From Lophium mytilinum (Eukaryota): a DNA stretch of 55,008 nt. The notes under the pieces were generated by a model. It searched no databases and was not told the DNA's origin. It was given only the letters and a program-made list of their open reading frames with translations. Within the stretch, counting starts at the first letter, position 1. Every line of letters begins with the position of its first letter. The stretch covers positions 2,160,882 to 2,215,889 of the forward strand of contig MU004187.1 in the NCBI GenBank assembly GCA_010093605.1, written 5' to 3'. Below, piece by piece: positions 51,501 through 55,008 of the stretch. A program made the translations under genes and the position numbers.

Positions 51501-52220
51501 TAGAGGCTATTCTATAATATAGATATAAGAGACTACTACTAGAGCTTATATTAGTAGTAGAATAGTTATATACTTTTTATTATTTGCGGATAGTTATACA
51601 CCGCGGCCTAACTCTTAAATAATGGGTCTTAGTAGCAACGTAGTAAGAGTCTACCTAAGAATATATTAAGTATCCTAATTATAATTTATAAGCTAGACCC
51701 AGCACTAAATTATAGAATAGATAGATTATATCTTTTCTACCTATTCTTTATATATCTATTAAATCTACTTTTTAACTACTATAGCCCTAACTTTACTATA
51801 CTAACTGTTTATAGGATAAAGATTAGACGTTCTAGCCTAAGTACTTACTATCTCTACTTACTTCTACCCCCGCCTTGCACTGCTATAGAGAGGGAAGAGC
51901 GGTAAATAGAATTATTTTATAGCAGAACGTGGGCGGCATTATATACGGGGCACGTGTGTATTAGCTCTAGTACTGCTAAGGCTAATTAGGTAAAAGATAC
52001 TATAGAACTAAATTATTAATAGTTTAAAATAATAGATAATAATTAAGTGTTATTAGGCTGTATAGTATATAGGTAAACTACTACTAGTCTATATAGTAAT
52101 ATTACCTGCGCTAGTAGTTTACGCAGACATTGCATAATTTGCGCGGTTTACCGGAAGTTTGCGCCGTTCGCTGCCGAGCACTAATAGCCCTAACTTTTAT
52201 AGTTTTAGGTTTTTCTAATA

Positions 52221-54230
52221 CTTTAAAGAATAGAAACTATAGTACTAAGGTAATAAATACTAGAACCCTATCTAAGTACTAATAGATTACTAAAATCTAC
52301 TATACTTTATAACTACGTAATAGCTTAATTAGTAATAGATACGCTAGCTATAGATTCTATTAGAAATTAATTACATTTTAATATACCGGCCTAGCCGCCT
52401 AGAAACTAAACTAGATAGTTTTACGCGTTATAGCTAGAACCTTCTATAATTTAATAATAATAAATAATTTCTATTTTAGTAGTAAACTATAATTAAGATA
52501 AAGAACTTTACCTCTAAAATATTAAAAGAACTTTATATCTATACTATAGATATTATAAATTATACCTAGCCCCTATATAAACTTATTAAAGAGGCCTATA
52601 ATATAGATAAAAGCGCTTTCTAAGAAAGGGGTAGTAATTCTAATAATAAGTTAAATAACTGCCTAGTCTACCGCATTATAGCGCTTAAGTAGCGCGGTAA
52701 TTAAAAGCTGCCACGCAATATTCTAAAAAATAAGCGCGTCTAGCTATTAATAAGTAAGCTAGAGGTTACTAATAATAAGCTATAGGTCCTCTATAAGGAA
52801 TCTAGATAACTATTTATACTATAATTAGCCGCACTCTAGCTAAGAATCTTATAGCTAGGCTATAACTATACTAGCGCAGGATACAGGGGCTATACTAATT
52901 ACCTATAATAGATTTACCCTAGCTACTACTAGCCTAGGTTTACTAAATTAATTATAATATATATTAACGCCTATTAACGTTATTATAATATTAAGCCTTC
53001 TAATTTTACTAAGTAAGGCTTTCTACGCCTGTTACCTATCCCCCTCTATTACTAGCGCGACATTACTATAGACTATATAGTCGACCTACCTATCTATAAA
53101 TATTATAGGCGTAAGTACTATTATATACTAGTTGTAATTAATAGACTTTTAAAGAAATATTACTTTCTCCCTATTACTTCTCTAGAAGTAGATAAGCTTA
53201 TAAAGGTCTACTTCTAATAGATCTATTAACTCTATAGGCTACTAATATCTATTACTAGTAATCTAGGTATATAATTTACCTCTAAGTTCTAGTAATACCT
53301 CTACTATTAGTTATAATTGTCGCTTAATATATCTACCACCTTCCACCTAGAAATAGATAGTTAGATAGAAATTACTAATACTAATATAAAGAAGTATCTA
53401 TAAGCCTATATTAACTATATATAGAATAATTAGTATAACCTACTACTCTTAGTAGAACTTATTATAAATACCTATATATCGGCTACTATAGGCCTATTAC
53501 TATTTTTTACTAATTATAGCTATACTCCTTACTTAGAGCTTAAGCTACTAACTACTAATAATAAGAAGATATCTAAAAATAAGAAGATTAAACGCAAGCT
53601 AGCTAATAATATAGCTTAACGCCTAAAGAATATTAAGGTCTATCTATAGAACCGCATTATATAGGCTTAAAAAGAATAAGCTTACTAAGCTAACTACTAC
53701 TAGAATGTAGCGGCGGATATACGTGTTAATAATATAGTCTAGCTTAATATAAAAAATATTAAACTAGATTGCGCTAAAAAAGCGCTTAATAATAAATTTA
53801 TAGGCCCCTTTTATATTAATAAGGTTATTAATTAGAGCGCCGCCTTCTAACTAGACTTACTATCTAATATAAAGATATATAACGTCTTTTATCTATTACT
53901 ACTCTATTTTAATATATCTAAGCCTATTAAGGGCTAGAATTGCCTAGAATCTATACTACTACTAGAGCTAATCTAATAAGAGGATAATAATAAGCTAGTA
54001 GAGGAATTTATAGTTGCCTAAATTATTAACTTATATATTAAGAATAATAATATTTAATATAAAGTCTACTATATTAGTAGTATAAGGCCTTATTAATTCT
54101 AGTAACTATTTAGAAACCTTAAAGGCTACCTCTATAAGGTCTTTAACTTCTATTATTATAGCCTATAGAAACCTAAACTACCCGCTTACTTTATTAAACT
54201 AAAGGACTAGACTCTACCTATATAGTAGAA
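52221..54230 (+). pseudogene. pol: Gypsy pol, 3' part: end of RNase H, integrase, chromodomain
   Basis: De-RIP FEEWK..IQVLTDHQNL.YFMTT.QL...Q.RW..YRPGRLGTKPDSFTR, LPIP..WRDITMDYIVDLP (~53030-53090), SITSD.G.QFTSKFW, STAFHPETDGQTE, and EEFVVAQI.D....IQYKV...WQP..NL (54001-54125). Confidence 0.92.
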
Positions 54231-54449
54231 CCTCTAGAACGTTACTATATTATTATAATAGTCTAGTATAAACTAAGATCCTGCACCGCTATTAAATAGT
54301 AGAATTAATTTAACTAAGAATACCTACCTATATAGTTTTATTAGCACGCTCTATCTATATATAGAGCTACGCCTATATTAGCTATCTAATATATAAGTTT
54401 AAATAGTAAGTCTTTCTCTATATCTAGTTCTTATAGAAGCTTAGTTTTT

Positions 54450-54463
54450 AAAGGGGGGGTATA
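54450..54463 (+). other. Polypurine tract of the Gypsy element
   Basis: AAAGGGGGGGTATA immediately precedes the 3' LTR. Confidence 0.85.
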
Positions 54464-54699
54464 TATTATATTATTTCTTAGTATTCTCTTAGTAGTTATT
54501 AAGGTTAGAAGTTATTATATATACGGACGTTACGTAATCTCCGGGCTAAGAGTTCTTCCGGCGCCCGAGGTTCTACCGGCGCCCGGGGTTCTACCGGCGC
54601 GTACTTAACTATATAGTAGGCTTATAGCTAGAGCCTCTCTTCTTTCTATATAACCTTATTAATAGAAATATAACCCTTTTCTTAGCTATAAACCTAATA
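54464..54699 (+). repeat. 3' LTR
   Basis: 236-bp match to 20858-21093. The differences seen are all transitions. Confidence 0.95.
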
Positions 54700-54704
54700 A
54701 TACG

Positions 54705-55008
54705 CTTTATTAGCGTATATATCTTCTTATATTAGTTAATAAGGTTCTACTACTAATTCTACTTCTTTACTTTTATTCTTACTACTCTTATAGTAAAGGC
54801 CTATTATTATTCTAGTATTATATTTTTAGTTAAATCTAATATATTATAGTAGTTAGAGTTATTATATATATTCTTATTATTATCTTCTTTATAGTTTATA
54901 TACTAACCTACCCGTTTTATAATAAATTCTTACTAGTAGAATAATAGTTAGTACTTATAGTATAAGCTAAGTACCCGCTATTAGGTAAGATATTTATTAT
55001 AATTTACT
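54705..55008 (+). mobile_element. Continuation of the outer Plavaka-type copy beyond the Gypsy insertion (runs off the window)
   Basis: CTTTATTAGCGTATATATCTTC.. is colinear with 26821-27124. Confidence 0.92.

Larger units (their letters stand above)
25604..52220 (+). mobile_element. Complete 26.6-kb Plavaka-type (CMC/EnSpm-related) DNA transposon with multiple cargo genes, RIP-inactivated
   Basis: Left end TATTAGGAATTTCTAAA vs reverse complement of right end TATTAGAAAAACCTAAA (13/17 identical). Flanked by CT on both sides (25602-25603, 52221-52222). Removing the element and one CT restores the RNase H frame ATT ATT CTT ACC TTT AAA GAA TAG (IILAFEEW after de-RIP). Internal Plavaka transposase. 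Confidence 0.9.
20858..54699 (+). mobile_element. Ty3/Gypsy chromovirus LTR retrotransposon (~7.2 kb without the nested insert), RIP-inactivated
   Basis: Two 236-bp LTRs. TSD ATGCG (20853-20857) / ATACG (54700-54704), with the empty site ATGCG at 26816-26820 in the other Plavaka copy. Domain order gag-PR-RT-RH-IN-chromodomain, and PPT before the 3' LTR. Confidence 0.95.
16170..55008. other. AT-rich, RIP-mutated transposon block (heterochromatin-like compartment)
   Basis: Abrupt switch near 16.17 kb to TpA-rich, CpA/TpG-depleted sequence. Long ORFs vanish from the ORF track, and repeated copies differ almost only by C/T and G/A transitions. Confidence 0.95.

Noticed and set aside
25604..52220. 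Starship element
   Set aside because: I saw no tyrosine-recombinase (DUF3435) captain at either end. The element has TIRs, a 2-bp TSD and an internal Plavaka transposase instead.
25604..52220. TET/JBP dioxygenase, Ulp1 protease or Fanzor cargo, as known from some fungal DNA transposons
   Set aside because: No convincing motifs were found by eye in the frames I read. They cannot be excluded without HMM searches on a de-RIP consensus.
16170..55008. Mitochondrial insertion, horizontally acquired AT-rich DNA or an alternative genetic code
   Set aside because: AT richness and the TAA/TAG excess are explained by RIP transitions, as shown by copy-to-copy comparison and recoverable TE motifs.

Overview
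Filamentous ascomycete genomic DNA with two compartments. Bases 1-16.1 kb are gene-dense with balanced GC and spliceosomal introns. They carry a secreted lectin/aerolysin-like protein, two tandem SRR1-domain paralogs, an orphan ORF, VPS54 and a GH92 alpha-mannosidase. Bases ~16.17-55.0 kb are an AT-rich block heavily mutated by RIP (C>T/G>A), whose ORFs can be read only by reversing transitions by eye. This block resolves into nested transposons with several exact junctions. An IS630/Tc1 (DD34E) region is interrupted at 19623 by one copy of a large DNA transposon. That copy is interrupted by a Ty3/Gypsy chromovirus (20858-54699, 236-bp LTRs, 5-bp TSD). The retroelement's RNase H is in turn interrupted by a complete second copy of the large transposon (25604-52220, 26.6 kb, ~17-bp imperfect TIRs, 2-bp TSD). 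The large element encodes a Plavaka-type transposase, a divergent SNF2-family ATPase and several unrecognised cargo ORFs, and it is the most interesting system here. All protein calls inside the RIP block are manual reconstructions with approximate boundaries. No database searches were run.
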